Of a stretch of 64,000 bases of DNA, positions 27,801 to 42,580 are shown piece after piece. Source of the DNA: Octopus vulgaris (lineage: Eukaryota); assembly GCA_951406725.2 (NCBI GenBank), contig OX597817.1:20646001-20710000 (forward strand). Direction: 5' to 3'. Each line of letters opens with the position of its first letter. Within the stretch, counting starts at the first letter, position 1. The notes under the pieces were generated by a model, which made no database searches, had not been told where the DNA came from, and worked only from the letters and a program-made list of their open reading frames with translations. The position numbers and the translations under genes are program-made.

Positions 27801-28401
27801 ACATATTAGACCATAGTAATTAATTATATATTACAAATTATTATAAATGCAGGATTTCTGAAAAATCATCGCGACGTCAATATCACGGAATCTATTTACC
27901 TGCATATACGCATTCGCTCATAGATAACCATGCACATGCTGCATCATGTAGTCTATTATATACCCTCCTCAGCATCCCAATTTCCATCGTCATCATAGTG
28001 AACATCATCAGCATCGCCATTATCTTCGTCATCCTCTTCCTCGTCGTCGTCATCCAATCTCTCCGCCTCATCTTCTGATTAAACCTCCGACTCCTCATTA
28101 ATCATCATTATCGTCATCATTGCCGATATTGAAATCGTCTACAGTATACTCGTCCTCATGATCTTTAAAGAACAGCATCTTCAAAATTATCCGCCACTAA
28201 ATATCAATTCCACTACTACAATGACAAAATAACTGTGTTTTCATTTGTTATTCATACTAATTATTGATCTGGGTTTTGTTATGGTCTGGTATTTTGATAT
28301 GTTTTAAATTAATACCGAGTACATTTTACAATGAAAGTGGCTTGTATTAATTTATTTATTTCAAACTCTTTACAAAGGAAATAATTTGAACTGTGTGTGT
28401 A

Positions 28402-28449
<48 letters not shown>

Positions 28450-28684
28450 ATTGTGAGCAATAATATAGAGTAAAAGTCTACTAATAACAAAATCATTCTC
28501 TTCTTTCATTTTGTTCTTTGTATGAGATTTATTTTCAGTTTATTGTCATTGTATGAAATTCGAATATTCGCACAACAGCAACTGCAATATTACTTGACTG
28601 AATTATGTGCAGTTTAGTAAATACACTCTCTCCTGCACTTACACATATGTCTTATATAAGTACGTATCCTATGCGTCGTATCTA

Positions 28685-28737
<53 letters not shown>

Positions 28738-28864
28738 CTATCTACGTAACTATCTATTAAAATATAGATATAGATATAAGTATACTGATGCATTTATATA
28801 CTACGTGCATATATCTATATCTTTATAGTTCTCTCTCTCTCTCTCTAACTCCCCTTCTCTCTCT

Positions 28865-28900
<36 letters not shown>

Positions 28901-29756
28901 CTCTATATATATGCATACATTGCTATGTGCACATATATATATGTATAAATATATATATATATATGTGTGTGTAGCAAATTTGTGTATAGTAGTTTGTGCG
29001 TATATCTATCTATCATTCTGTCTGTCTCTCCGTCTCTCTGTCTCTCTATCTCTCTGTCTCTGTCTCTGTCTCTCTTTCTCTCTCTATATATATATATATA
29101 GAGAGAGATAGATAGATAGATAGATAGATAGATTTAGAAAGAGAGAGAGTGTGAGAGAGAGAGATATATGTTTGTATGTGTGTATCCATGTACAAATGTC
29201 TCTCATTCTATTTATCTATATATATGCATGTATGTGTATGTGTGCGTCTGAGTCATTTGTGGTTAAAAAAGCAAGCAATGGTTTCCACAAAAATATCTTC
29301 ACATCTGTGAACGCGTGCCACATGGAAGTATTGGCGCTAACCTCCATTTTGGATAAGAAATACACGAGGATGCACTGTTCAGTATTCTCTCTGTATTTCT
29401 GTAACATCATTCAAAATCAAGACATAGACAGTGTTTAAATGGGCTTAAAAACCAGAGTGAACGTCTGCTTGATGGCATGAGAATCTACAGAAGAAAAACT
29501 ACATACAGTTGGTTAAAATGTGCCCCGAGATTGTAGAGTTTCAAATAATTTGATAATTTAAATCAAATTAAATACTCTATGCTACTGCTCCATATCGGAG
29601 TGTTTAGTTTAATATTCATATATCTAAGATTACAAGCATTATTTGATTTTTGCTACTTTACTTTGTAGCCTTCAGGTTCTGGAATCTTTTAGCATAAGTT
29701 TGAATAATTTTGATTTGCCACTGCTGAAACTCATTTTCGTTGCTAGGATATATGTC

Positions 29757-29798
<42 letters not shown>

Positions 29799-32599
29799 TA
29801 TCACAGTATAAATATACAACATATGAATTAGAGATAAAACCACTATTAGGCAACTCATATATATATATATATATGGGTGTGTGTATGTATGGTTGTGTAT
29901 GTATGTGTCCATGTATGTATGTATATAGGAGTTCGTTCCCTCTAACAAGACGGAATGAATTAATCAGAGGTGCACTAAACACCATTGAATGAAATATAAC
30001 TGTGAGTAATCATTTTTTTACATGTTTGTATGAATGACTTGGAAAAGAATTTCTATCAAAAATTGTTTCTAAAGAAAAACATTCTTTTTTCAGACAATAC
30101 GTGTGCAAAAATGGATTATTGGCATATGGTTGTCTTTTCAGAAATGATTTCCAAACCGGTCAGGAGCTACACAAAATCACAATAATCCTAGAGATAAAAT
30201 TGAATTAATAGCATAATATCTTCATTAACAGATTTGCAGTTAAAACTGCACTGAATTATTTAGGATTTTGTACGGGGTGTCTTAAATAAACTGGGATTGT
30301 CATAGAAAATTAATTTCTCTCATAGTATTACGTCATTAGAGTTATAGGAAGATATAAAACCATGACAACAAGAGGTAATACTTTAGGCAGCGACTCAAGC
30401 AAAAGCACAATTTAGATTTTCCTGTGTGAGGAATAAATATAAATAAGAAAAGAACAAATTTTGGCCATTCATTTACAATTAGCCATATATTATTGAAACT
30501 ATTATTGAAAAAATTAGCCGCTGCGCATTCAAACGGCAATGAGAACATGAAGGGTAATTATGCGCATAATGGCCTGAATAATGAAAAAATAATTAGTAAC
30601 AAAATAAAATTCGAATAAGGAGTAGCTATAATTGCACCAACACGGCTGGTACTTTGTAGAGCTTTCCTACACTTTTAATTTTTGTCACCGAAGGCCGAAT
30701 TAATTTTAAAATCAAGATCTAAAAGAAAAATATGCTGGAAAGTGAATGAAATATGTAAATATTCTCGTCTATTTGTATCCTGCGTTGCGCTTTATACCAA
30801 AATATCTAGCACTACTTATGATTGAAAAAGAAGTGATTCAGTATTGAAATAGATTGATAATACATCCCCTACAGTAACATTATTGATTAGGCATAAATGA
30901 AATATTATATCTTGATAAGTTGTATTCTATAATGTGTTAATAAGATATAGGAACTCTATTTTTAAGCCTTAACTGTCGAAATATCATTGAACAAATTATT
31001 TGCTGTGTTGACAAGTCTCTTTCCACTCATATTTATCGGTTACTTGAACATCTGTTCTGAAATTGTTAGTCTCCTTAGAAAATAACATCAGTTTTTCAGA
31101 ACCTATGTTGTATTTAATTCTATTAGTTTCCCATCATTATTTCCAAATATTTGTTTCTTCTTCTAGAACAGTTATTCTATAACTCAACTCGTTGTTAATT
31201 ACGTCAAGTATCTAGGTTTCTGAAGTTATGCATATTTTAATCTCGTCATGTCGATTTCCCGTCGTGTTAATTTTCAGTGCATTCATTATTGTTTGTTTAT
31301 TTTTATTATCTTTGGTAATTTTATATTTTCCTTTCTTTTCTTTTGAACACTAAAGTCTTTCACTGAGTGAACCTGTTGTTTTTATCACTAAGGCAAGTGT
31401 AACATATTTAATAACATTACTCTCATTGTACTTTATGTACCCCAGTTAAATATTTGGCCAAGTGTATATTATATTGTTTGGTGTCGTCAAATTAGATTTT
31501 CGGTAGAGTATAAGAAACTTATGGCATTCCTATGGGCACAATCGATTGTCCCAAATCTGATTGGATTTTCGGACGTTACACTGGCCATGGATAATCTTTC
31601 CTCATTTCAGAGAAGTCTAATTCTCCTTTGAGCAGCAATACATTGATATCCTTTGTACATTGTAATATCGATTTAGGTTGTCTTCGAACCATTTCCTTTT
31701 GTTCAAAGATCGATGACGCTTTTCAAAAGAGACGGATTCTCGACGATTTCACGATATTATATATCTAAAGACTTCCTCTGATTCTGCATATTTCATTTTT
31801 GCTATTGTACTATCTGACATCGTTATATTTAAACTGGGTTTTTCGTTATGCATATTTACTTTCATATAAAATTGTAACGCCGACAAATACATTTGTAAAC
31901 TAATTTTCTATACCATACTACACTGTTAGTGTACCAAATTTGTGTTTACAACAGTGTAATTTATCTTCAAATTTACACAAAAATATTATCGCTGGATGCA
32001 TGCCAATTGTGGGGTAAAATAGGTATGCATTCTTTTTTATTACTGCTATTTCCATTTGAGTCTTCTATGGTATTTGCTTGCATTTTGACATCACGTATGC
32101 CGTATACTTGACTGTGTTTCAAACGTGATGCAAATATCAGCAGACCACTATTCGTTAATCTTATGCATCTTATTAAAGAACTGATTTTCCGTCATAACAT
32201 TGGGATCAACATTCGGTTTTATTTCTGTTATAATTTTGTCATTTGGAAGATGCATAATTTCTCTAGTTTTGAGATGAGCGAAGTTCGGTTTCCACACGTG
32301 GAGCATGAGATAGCTGAAAATTAAGAGCATTTGTAACGTATCACAGGTAGAGAAGAATAAACACTATACTGTATGAATGTTGTCAAATTCATTATAAGCA
32401 AACAATTTTTATTTACTTGAGAAACACTCAAGTCGCGTTGGCATGTTTGCTGTCATTACATTTATAAATATTATACTCGATAGAATAAAGTACATGTTAC
32501 GTGTTGGAGACGATGATAGCGGCCAATAACGTAACCCGAATATATATCATGTAGAATATATTATTTATTTTTATCATAGGTTTTGTTGGGACTCCTGGA

Positions 32600-33340
32600 T
32601 TCATGCATATGTCGCGGGCTTGCTACATGCATATTTCGGTACAATGTTATCATTTCTTTTCAGCTATCTAATACTTTCTTGATTATTTTGGCCGTGCAAG
32701 GAAGCAAAACTTGTGTAACACTTCTACTGGACACTCTATCCAAAGTTCCTTTATATTCCCCTTGATGCACTCTGAAACTGTTCCCAAGGTCCAAACAATA
32801 ATTAGCACTATCCTCACCTTCTTCTTCATTTTCCATAGCCGGGTTATTTCTTACTTAAGAGGGTTATATTTAACTATTTTCTCGCCTTCCGTCTTGACTA
32901 TTCGCGAGTCAAACTGGCATGGAACGTCAACTATATAGCACAAGTGGTGCATCTTGTTGACCACCACTAGCTCTAGTATGTTATACTCTAGCGCCTGATC
33001 TGTTTGAATTGGGAAATCCCAGAGGATTTTGCGAGTCTTCGACACCATCACTCTCTGGAGTTTGCGCTCATACTACGTCTTGCTTCTCTCTAGCCCCCAA
33101 TTTTCGCAAAGTTTCCAACGTGGCACTTTCGCTACCTGGTCGTATCGCCACAACTTGTAGTGGTTTTGAGCAATGTAGCGCATGGGTACGTTCGTGATAT
33201 GGTCAATGATTTCATCCACTTTATTACAGATGCGACACTGTAGAGACCCGTACTCATTCCTAGGATTCACTCTACAGTTCGTGGCCAGATCTTGGTCCTG
33301 CGCTGCAAGTATATTATTGACAGTGTCATTTTTAGGGTTC
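32600..33340 (-). mobile_element. Old R4/Dong-like (RLE) LINE fragment
   Basis: ILAAQDQDLATN..CRICNKVDEIIDHI (CCHC), KILWDFPIQTD..CYIVDVPC..EKIVKYNPL. Confidence 0.8.
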
Positions 33341-33361
33341 GTAATAATAATAATAGTAATA

Positions 33362-33436
<75 letters not shown>

Positions 33437-33442
33437 GTGCCT

Positions 33443-33591
33443 AATTGCACTACTAGGCACTGCACACATCCTACGCAGAACACTTTCCATACAATAACCA
33501 TCAGAGCATCACAACAAATCACAGCACATACACAGAGCTGCGCTCGGTAGTGAAGTGAAAGCACGCTATAAAAATAAAAATAAAACTACTG
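33443..33591 (+). mobile_element. R4/Dong-like LINE 3' end (~150 bp) in (AAT)n
   Basis: IALLGTAHILRRTLSIQ* plus 3' UTR nearly identical to 42417-42568. Confidence 0.9.
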
Positions 33592-33607
33592 AATAATAAT
33601 AATAATG

Positions 33608-33661
<54 letters not shown>

Positions 33662-33698
33662 GTAATAACAATAATAATGATGAGGATGAGGATAATTC

Positions 33699-33734
<36 letters not shown>

Positions 33735-33747
33735 TTATTATTATTAA

Positions 33748-33820
<73 letters not shown>

Positions 33821-33823
<3 letters not shown>

Positions 33824-34115
33824 TAGTCTTATTTTTATCATGCGCTTTCACAACACTCCGGAGCGCAGCTCTGTGTGCCTCGTGTATGTGCTTGGTTTGT
33901 TGTGGTGCTCTTATTTTAACTGTATTGAATGTGACTTATGTAGAATGTGCGCGGTGCCTAGTAGTGCTATTTTCTCTGTGTTATATATTCTCATAACTCC
34001 TGATATTTTTGTTATGTATTTGTCTGACTGTTTTTTGTCATACCTAATGCCAACTATATTAAAATTTTTTTTCTGTTTTTATGCCCCACATTCGAGTCAC
34101 CTATCTTTCCAGATC
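33821..34115 (-). mobile_element. R4/Dong-like LINE 3' end
   Basis: Reverse-complement homolog of 42270-42568 (KIALLGTAHIL), ending CTACTG then (AAT)n. Confidence 0.85.
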
Positions 34116-34828
34116 TTGATTCTGTTTTCAGCCTCCATACTCCAGTTATCTCGATTTCCTATCATCATTGTTATCATTATTATCAAATACATATGCAATA
34201 AAATAATAGCGAAATGCATGTGTACGCATGCATGTAAATATGCTGAGATTTGTATTTTTCGTGCGCATGTTCATACGCACTCTCCCACAAACACACACTT
34301 ATGCGCATGTATTTACGTTCGCATAGAGCTACGCCTCACTATTCATGTCCGTGATTGTGCACGTGTGCAAGCTTTTGCCTCTATGCACGGGTGCATGATT
34401 GTATATGCACGTGTGTTCAGATATACGTACACAGAACGGAAGATAATCTTATGTGATATCTTAGATGTTATAATAAATTCACCCTCGTATCTCAACATTT
34501 ATGCATAAAGCAAACGATGTTCTAAATAAATCCATTTTACTCAAGAGGAATGCATTTTATTTGCGCAGGAGATGAGCGAAATGCAAAAGAATGGCATAAT
34601 ACACGACACGTAGGATATTCAGTCGGTTGGATGATATAATAACGTCACACAAACTAGTAGTTGTAGCTCTCATATCTGATGCATGACAATCGCAACATAG
34701 AAGATATGCACAAGCACCTAGATCAATCTGCAGCCATATTTTGTTTCATATCATGTAACCATTCCTTTGAATATATAATATACAGATAAGTTGCATTTAA
34801 TGAAGTGCTTGCAGGAAGGAGACTCATG

Positions 34829-34873
<45 letters not shown>

Positions 34874-34910
34874 TAGATAGATAGATAGATATATATGTAT
34901 GTATCTATGC

Positions 34911-34999
<89 letters not shown>

Positions 35000-35399
35000 C
35001 GTATATAATTGTGTGTGACTATAACTATCCATGCGTGTATGTCTGTATGTAGCAGAATTCAAGGATATTTGAAGAAAATTACTCTATTGTGGCATAGAAT
35101 TTTACTGTGCTTGACAAAGAAATATTTCATGGGTCAAATTCCGTTTAAACTTCACAATCACTAATAAGTATTTAGTCATCAGGAATATATTTCGTATTTA
35201 ATAATGTTTCTTTTAAGTTGCTTGAATATAGAATATTTTCCTTATTTCTTCGATACATAATTTCGTATTATTTCAACTGCATTGTATATATGTACACAAA
35301 CATATATTTATACATAAAACTCTTTGTTATTTTCACTTTCCTTCATTATCTGTAACGTTATTTTGTTATTGACAAAAGGTTATTATCGAGTGGTTATTG

Positions 35400-35530
35400 C
35401 CTTGATGCATGGGCTTGTGGGTAAGGTAATGCTGTATTGGCGATCGCTTGACAGTTGTTTCGTTCCCGACATCGGTTTGCACGTTTTGTTTTTGAGTAAA
35501 ATAATGTCACGTTGCTCCAGTCCATGAAGG
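35400..35530 (+). mobile_element. Highly decayed CORE-type SINE
   Basis: GCATGGGCTTGTGGGTAAG..TTCGTTCCCG..TTTGAGTAAAATAATGTCACGTTGCTCCAGTCCA resembles family B. Confidence 0.45.
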
Positions 35531-35679
35531 GGTTTTGTTGTGACCAGGATCACTTATTCGTCTAGGAAAGCTCTAGGAATCCAGACACTATTAATCAGAA
35601 GTTGATGATGAGGATGATGACTATTTTTCTTCGTGTAAACCCTCGTGGTTCATAAAGCAATCATTGTTGTTGTTATTTT

Positions 35680-36371
35680 TGTTAGTTAGTTAGTTAGTTA
35701 GTTAGTTAATTTGGCTCAAAAGCAAATAACAAGGCCATGTAGGGAGACATGGAGTTAAGTACAGGGTGGTGTTCATGTAAAGAGTTCAGGCCACTTGAGG
35801 TCCAGGGAGGCATCTTCACCATCTCGTCTGGCAGCTTGTTCCACGGATCCGCAACCCGGACGGTGAAAGCTCCTCTCCTTCGATTGAGATGAAATCGTCG
35901 CAGGTAGAGCTTTTCGGAATGACCCCGCAGCCGACGCTCTGGAGCAGGAGTGAAGAACAGCTCTTCCGAGAGGTTACACTTTCCGCTTATGATGTTGTGG
36001 GCGAGAATGAGATCACCACGGCGGCGGCGTTTTTCAAGAGAATAAAGGTCGAGCGTCCTCAGGCTTTCTTCGTAGGACAAATTTTTGAGACCATGAACCA
36101 TGCGGGTAGCCAGCTTCTGGACTCTTTCGAGATGCTGTATGTCTTTGAGGAGATAAGGAGAAGAGGCTTGAATCCCATACTCCAATATGGGTCTCACCAG
36201 TGTGACATAGAGTGGTATGAATATGGCTGCTGTGAGCATTCCGAATGACCGTCAAATCAAGAACAGAATTCCGCGTGCTTTGTTGGCAGCATGGACGCAC
36301 TGGGCTGAAGGCGAAAAGGAGGAATCCACCAAGATACCCAGGTCCTTTACCTGATCGGTCCTCTCCAGCAG
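35680..36371 (-). mobile_element. 5'-truncated CR1-clade LINE, same family as 18293
   Basis: LLERTDQVKDLGILVDSSFSPSAQCVHAANKA..LYVTLVRPILEYG..; (CTAA)n tail at 35681-35708; small deletion near 35808. Confidence 0.92.
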
Positions 36372-36593
36372 CAGTGCGTCCATGCTGCCAACAAAGCACG
36401 CGGAATTCTGTTCTTGATTCGACGGTCATTCGGAATGCTCACAGCAGCCATATTCCTACCACTCTATGTCACACTGGTGAGACCCATATTGGAGTATGGG
36501 ATTCAAGCCTCTTCTCCTTATCTCCTCAAAGACATACAGCATCTCGAAAGAGTCCAGAAGCTGGCTACCCGCATGGTTCATGGTTTCAAAAAT
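36372..36593 (+). mobile_element. Inverted duplication of part of the adjacent CR1 copy
   Basis: Reverse complement of about 36081-36302 with about 3 mismatches. Confidence 0.92.
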
Positions 36594-36619
36594 AATAATG
36601 ATGAGGATGAGGATAATTC

Positions 36620-36792
<173 letters not shown>

Positions 36793-37299
36793 ATGATCAT
36801 CATCATTGGACTCTGCTTGTGGATTTCAAAGATGAATCACGTGTATTCCTGAGCTGTAAATCTTTGTTCAATTTTTACAGATACTATTGTATCTGAAAAC
36901 TTCTTACGACATTTCTGCGGCCAGACCGACTGGGCTGATGCTGCACTAAGCGGTTGGGTGGGACTTTTCTACTTTTCAATTTAAATTCTCAATTCTTCCA
37001 TTTTTCAATTAAAATTTTTTTAAATATCCTTGAGGAAGAGTGTCAGTTCTTTTTGGTTTCCCCACTCTGCTGTCCACAGATAGCCAAAGATGTTTGAAAA
37101 TTAATTGTCTCCGCCCACACAGCGCCTTAAAAGGCAAATAGAGGGATGACCAAAGCCTTGCTAGCACGTGAAACGCTGTGCAACAGAAAGAAAAAGAAGA
37201 AAAGAAAGGCGAGAAAGAAAAGGAAAATAACAAAGATATTCAGCTAATGGACGCATCTAGAGTCGCAACACTTATGAATCCATGCCCTTCACACTACGA

Positions 37300-38150
37300 A
37301 CACTAACACTGACACATTGAATACTCAACAACAACAAAAACCCAATGCTTTATACAACCGAGGTTTTGCTTCAATTGCAAAACCTACCACAGAATTCATT
37401 AATGTTTCTGTAGAATCTCTCAAAACCTAAGGAGACATTTAAAAAGAATAAAAAAGCGAAGGATGGTTTTCGATAAACACACCTTCAGATGTTATAGACA
37501 ATACAAAGAAACATACTATAGTGTACAAAACTACGTCTTTAAAAACTAAACGTTTAAAAACTTCCACAAAGCAAGCAGTGGAAAAATGCTTGCAACCCAT
37601 TTCGTAAGACGTAACATATCTAACGGGGTGTAAGAAATATGACACAAGTGAATTCAGATTTGCTACAGAAGACGTAGCAAAACAGCGCACAGCAGCCAAC
37701 CCGAGAAACAGTGAACTTGTCCTAGTTCCAACATACTTGAGACGGTGCGTCACCAAGATATAAATACTGGAGATACCACCAGAAATGAACGCTTACTGGA
37801 TTGTTGTAGCCGTCCTCCTCGACTTGGAAGATAAAATCAGAATCATATCTTGAGAAACAAGGAAACGGCAACTGGCCTGATCAGGAATTGCAAATAAAAG
37901 CCAAAATAAACCACGTTGTTTTAGAACAAATTTCAGACCAACTCAGCCTTCCAGATGGCACTATGCTGAATGCCACAGTAGAGGGCAGAAGGCCAAGATG
38001 GTATCCATGTGGATAGAACAACCACCTGAAAGACTTCATCCCACAATTAAAACAGAAGGAGGTCACTACCCCCTTCATACAAGCACCACCTACACCACAA
38101 CATGTGAAGTAACCCCAACTACAGAAGCAATGAAAACAAGAGAAGAAACC
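37300..38150 (+). mobile_element. Decayed LINE ORF1/gag-like remnant
   Basis: ..LEQISDQLSLPDGTMLNATVEGRRPRWYPCG..HL resembles the lead-in to an ORF1 CCHC knuckle; A-rich coding-like skew; many stops. Confidence 0.35.
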
Positions 38151-38204
38151 CTAACGAAATATGGCAGAGAGGGCTCCAATTTCCTTTACACTACTCATTC
38201 CCCA

Positions 38205-38660
38205 GGATGACCTTCAAGTTCGTAGCTAAAGCTTGGTCTTGCGCTGCCGGTATAGTGCTCCCAGGCCTTATTTTTACGGTTCCTTTTTTCATTGAGTCCC
38301 GCCTATATTTTCCAGCAACTTCTGCTGTGGCTATATGGAATTCATTGTATAGTCCCTTCTTGCATAATACTTCTTCATGTCCTTTTATTGTTCTTCATTT
38401 GTTTTTCCTTTTTTCTCTTCTCCCTCATTCCTAACTGTTACAAGCAAGGTTTCCTAACTTTGGACTAGGTGCCTCAGTAAACTTTTTTTTATTTCGATAC
38501 GCACGCAGTCTTCCACACTTATCAGTCCTCTTACTCCATTTGTTCTATTCACATATAGACGATCAGTGTCTGCACGTGGATGATGGGCGCTATGAATCAT
38601 TAGGTGTTTTTTGATGTCCAGTCCGTCTCATTTAACACCTATTTCAAATTCAAGTTTCCG
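38205..38660 (-). mobile_element. R4/Dong-like LINE internal fragment
   Basis: Minus strand HHPRADTDRLYVNRTNGVRGLISVEDC and AAQDQALATN. Confidence 0.75.
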
Positions 38661-38859
38661 GCGCCAGACCGAATTACAGCGACAGCGTACGTGTTTCTAG
38701 CCGAAATTATGTTTCTGCTATTCAGCTTTGAAGACAATAAATTTTGTCATTTGCTGCTATTACTCTCTTTATGTCTTTTCCTTCATATTCTTGTTATTCT
38801 TATGTTTGACATTTGCTTTGTATTTGTATTTGTACAAGTTATCTCCACATCTCACCTAG

Positions 38860-39310
38860 AGACCTCAACAGACAAGAAGTTAGAAGTTCATGTTGGTATT
38901 ATGTCATCTATTTGGTTTCGTACATAGTGTTGTTCTAGAGAACATTTAAGAAAACAACAAAAATTTTGAGATTTCATAGAGTGTATTTTACGTAGGATAT
39001 GGGCAGTTCCCATGAGCACTATCTTTTGAAGTTCTGCCATTTTGGGGTTTCCTGGTATCTGAGCTAGATAGCACTCAACCCTTTTTGATATCATTCCTAG
39101 GGCACCTATGACAACAGATTTTGCCAATTTCTATTTCAAAATCTTTATATTTGCTCCGTTTTTGATAGGTTTTGATAGACAACTTTATATCGACTGGAAC
39201 AGTCATATCAATGAGTAGGCATGGGTTTTGTCTGAAGTTTATCAATATAGCGTCTGGCCTATTTGCCTATATTTTTCTGTCAGTTTTAATGGAGAAGTTC
39301 CAGAGGAGTG
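38860..39310 (-). mobile_element. R4/Dong-like LINE 3' fragment (different subfamily)
   Basis: IKTDRKI.ANRPDAILI..LLIDMTVP; VVIGALGMISK..LQKIVLMGTAHILRK. Confidence 0.85.
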
Positions 39311-39416
39311 AAATATGATCATTTTCAAGCGCTAGACTGTTTGTATCATAATGATAATAATAATAATAACAACAACAACAACAATAACAATGACAATAAT
39401 AATAATAATAATAATC

Positions 39417-39491
<75 letters not shown>

Positions 39492-39514
39492 GTAATAATA
39501 ATAATACTAGCAGA

Positions 39515-41939
39515 AGAAGGGGGAGAATTTTGGAAATACATATGGTCTGCGAAGGAACAACCGCAGAAATAGTGTATCAAAACAACTAACTCAGCCTCGG
39601 AACAACTTTGGACCTCGTAAACACTTGAAGAGATCACCCAGGGACTACAAAACTAAGCAACTGGAAGGTACCGAGGCACGATAAGAGCCCCATCTTCTGC
39701 TTAAAATACCTGACAGGAACACATAAAAAGCTGGCTGAGAAACTTAATGACATGCTAGCAGAGACAGACACAATGCCTGAATGGCTCATGGAAGGGAAAA
39801 CTGTTTCAATTCCTATTTCCACTGAGACAGCAAACCCACAATATTACAGACCAGTAACCAATCTTCCTACAATTTACAAAGCCTTTACTGCAAAAATATC
39901 GCAGAAAATTACCAACCTCTTTTCAGAAGAGCAGAAGGGATGCTGCATGATCTCATACGGCATTGAAGATCAGCTAATGATTAGCAAAGCCATAACTGGA
40001 GCCAGCTGTAGAAAGAAGAAGTGTCTAAGTATGGCCTGGATCGATAACCGAAACAATTTTCATACCATTCCCCATACATATACCTTAGAAACACTAGCTA
40101 TGAACACGGTAGCACCAATAATCATAAAATATTTAACACATTCTATAGATAGTGCTACAGCTCCAGACAAAAGAGGTACTCATAAAATCCAAAGCTATGC
40201 GCGTTGGAATATGAATATTTCAGTGAGACACGCTCTCTCCACACTTTTTTGCTTGTCACAGGCACATTTACCTAGCATGCTATACAGAGCTAGATGTGGA
40301 TACGGCCGTTACGGCAAAACAGTCAGCTACCTCTTATATGAATGACCTAAAACTGTATACTACAAATAATAAACACCTGGAAACATTACTACAGACAGTA
40401 CATGGATTTGCTAAAGAAATAAACATGAAATTTGTCTTAGAAAAATGTGCCAAAGCAATCTTGAAAAATGGAAAACTAAGTAAGAGCAGCAACATCGCAC
40501 TAGCTAATGTAAATGAATTAGACCAAAGCCAGACTTACAAATCCTTAGGAATGAATGAACGAGATTCGATACAACACACACAGATGAAAGAGAAAATTAA
40601 AAAAGAATATAATAGACGCGTTAGATTAATATTGAAATCAGAGCTAAAATGCGAAAAACAAGATAATAGGTGTCAACACTCTAGCGGTCTCAGTTATATG
40701 TTACAGCTACAATAACACTAAATGAACTAATCCAAGTAGACATGAAAACAAGAAAACTAAAGAGAGCATTTACAATGCGCCACATAAAGTCTGACTTAGA
40801 AATGTTATATATACAATGAATAGAAGGTATTTGAGGCCTTATACATCTAGAAACCTATTACAAAGTAACCACGGTAGAACTACAAAAATACCTACTTCAG
40901 AAACAAGAAAAACTAATACAAATAGCCACAAAACAAGGGCAAAGCAAGAAACTGTTTTCAGTTTTTAAAGACGCTGACGAATACAAACAAGAAGTCTTGC
41001 TAACTAACAATTATGGAGATAAAGAAGAAACAACAAAAGTTGTAAGACAGCTGAATTCCAAATTAAAACTGGAACAGCACATATAATGCAATAATAATAA
41101 AATGATGGCAAGCAAAGTCCCTTCATGGAAAATACTGGGTTAAACTAAACGCGAAAGTAACAGACAAAGCAAAATCCCAACAGTGGCTGAGAAGCTCAGG
41201 ACTCAAAGCGGAGACAGAGGGATTTTTAATTGCAGCACAATACCAAAGCCTACCAACCAGAAATTAGCAAAAAGATATAATGAAAAGAAACAGAACAACT
41301 GCTTGCATATGTGGGGATGGACAAGAAACAATAAACCGTATTGTGTCTGGCTGCCCAGTCTTCGCTCAGAAGGAATGTATTCACACACACACGACAGAGT
41401 TGGGACTTATATACGTTGGAAGCTATGATAATGCTATGGAATAAGAACAGAAATATGCTAGTATAGGGACACGCCAGAAAAGGTCACAGAAAATGAAAAA
41501 GCAACCATACTATGGGAAATGCCAATACATACAGATAGAGAAATGAAGACAAGTAGGCGGGATATAGTTATCAAAGTTCATTAAGAAAATAATGCTTTCT
41601 AATCGATGAATGAATACCAAGAAATGACTATATTTCTCTAAAAGAAATTGGAGAAGCTTTGAAAATATAAATCCCTGGAAATAGATGTAAATAGAATGTA
41701 GATTTTAAAAACAAAAACAATTCCTATCATAATATGCAAATTAAGAATGATAAAATAAAATATTCATATACGTAATAAAAACACCGGGACTAACAAATAT
41801 ATGTAACATACAGAAAATAGCACACACCCTACGTAAGACACTTTCACTACAGTAACATCAAACCACAGCACATACCCAAGGCACACAGAGCTGCGCTCGG
41901 TAGTGCAGTGAATCACCTGATAAAAATTAAAGACTATAG
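39515..41939 (+). mobile_element. R4/Dong-like LINE, 2.4-kb decayed RT-CCHC-RLE region
   Basis: PEWLMEGKTVSIP..YRPVTNLPTIYK..EQKGC..MAWID..; LLYMNDLKLY; WLRSSGLKAETEGFLIAAQ; ILWEMPIHTD..R.DIV; flanked by (AAT)n and (ATG)n. Confidence 0.92.
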
Positions 41940-41979
41940 AATGATGATGATGATGATGATGATGATGATGGTGATGATG

Positions 41980-42027
<48 letters not shown>

Positions 42028-42030
42028 GCA

Positions 42031-42119
<89 letters not shown>

Positions 42120-42140
42120 AAGAAGAAGAAGAAGAAGAAG

Positions 42141-42568
42141 AAATTAAGGCCAACAGACCAGATATAGTTGTCAGAGATCATGAAGAAAAAAATGCTTTCT
42201 AATTGATGTATCAATACCGGCAGATGACAACGTGTCTCTAAAAGAAATGGAGAAACTCTCAAAATACAAAGACCTGGAAATAGAGGTAACTAGAATGTGG
42301 AATCTGAAAACAGAAACAATTCCTATCATAGTAGGTGCATTAGGCATGATAAAAAAATATTCAGACAAATACATAACAAAAACACCAGGACTTACAAACA
42401 CATATAACATACAGAAAATTGCACTACTAGGCACTGCACACATCCTACGCAGAACACTTTCCATACAATAACCATCAGAGCATCACAACAAATCACAGCA
42501 CATACCCAAGGCACACAGAGCTGCGCTCGGTAGTGAAGTGAAAGCACGCTATAAAAATAAAACTACTG
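42141..42568 (+). mobile_element. Young R4/Dong-like LINE 3' fragment
   Basis: EIKANRPDIVVRDHE..LIDVSIPADDNVSLKEMEKLSKYKDLEIEVTRMW..IIVGALG..LGTAHILRR (PD..D..K restriction-like endonuclease); ends CTACTG(AAT)n. Confidence 0.95.
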
Positions 42569-42580
42569 AATAATAATAAT

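Noticed and set aside
33840-34508. 222-aa ORF
   Set aside because: Antisense to a LINE 3' end and then runs through CA/TG-rich low-complexity sequence
35681-35708. Telomere-like (TTAG)n repeat
   Set aside because: It is the CR1 3' tail, also at 18870-18888, not TTAGGG
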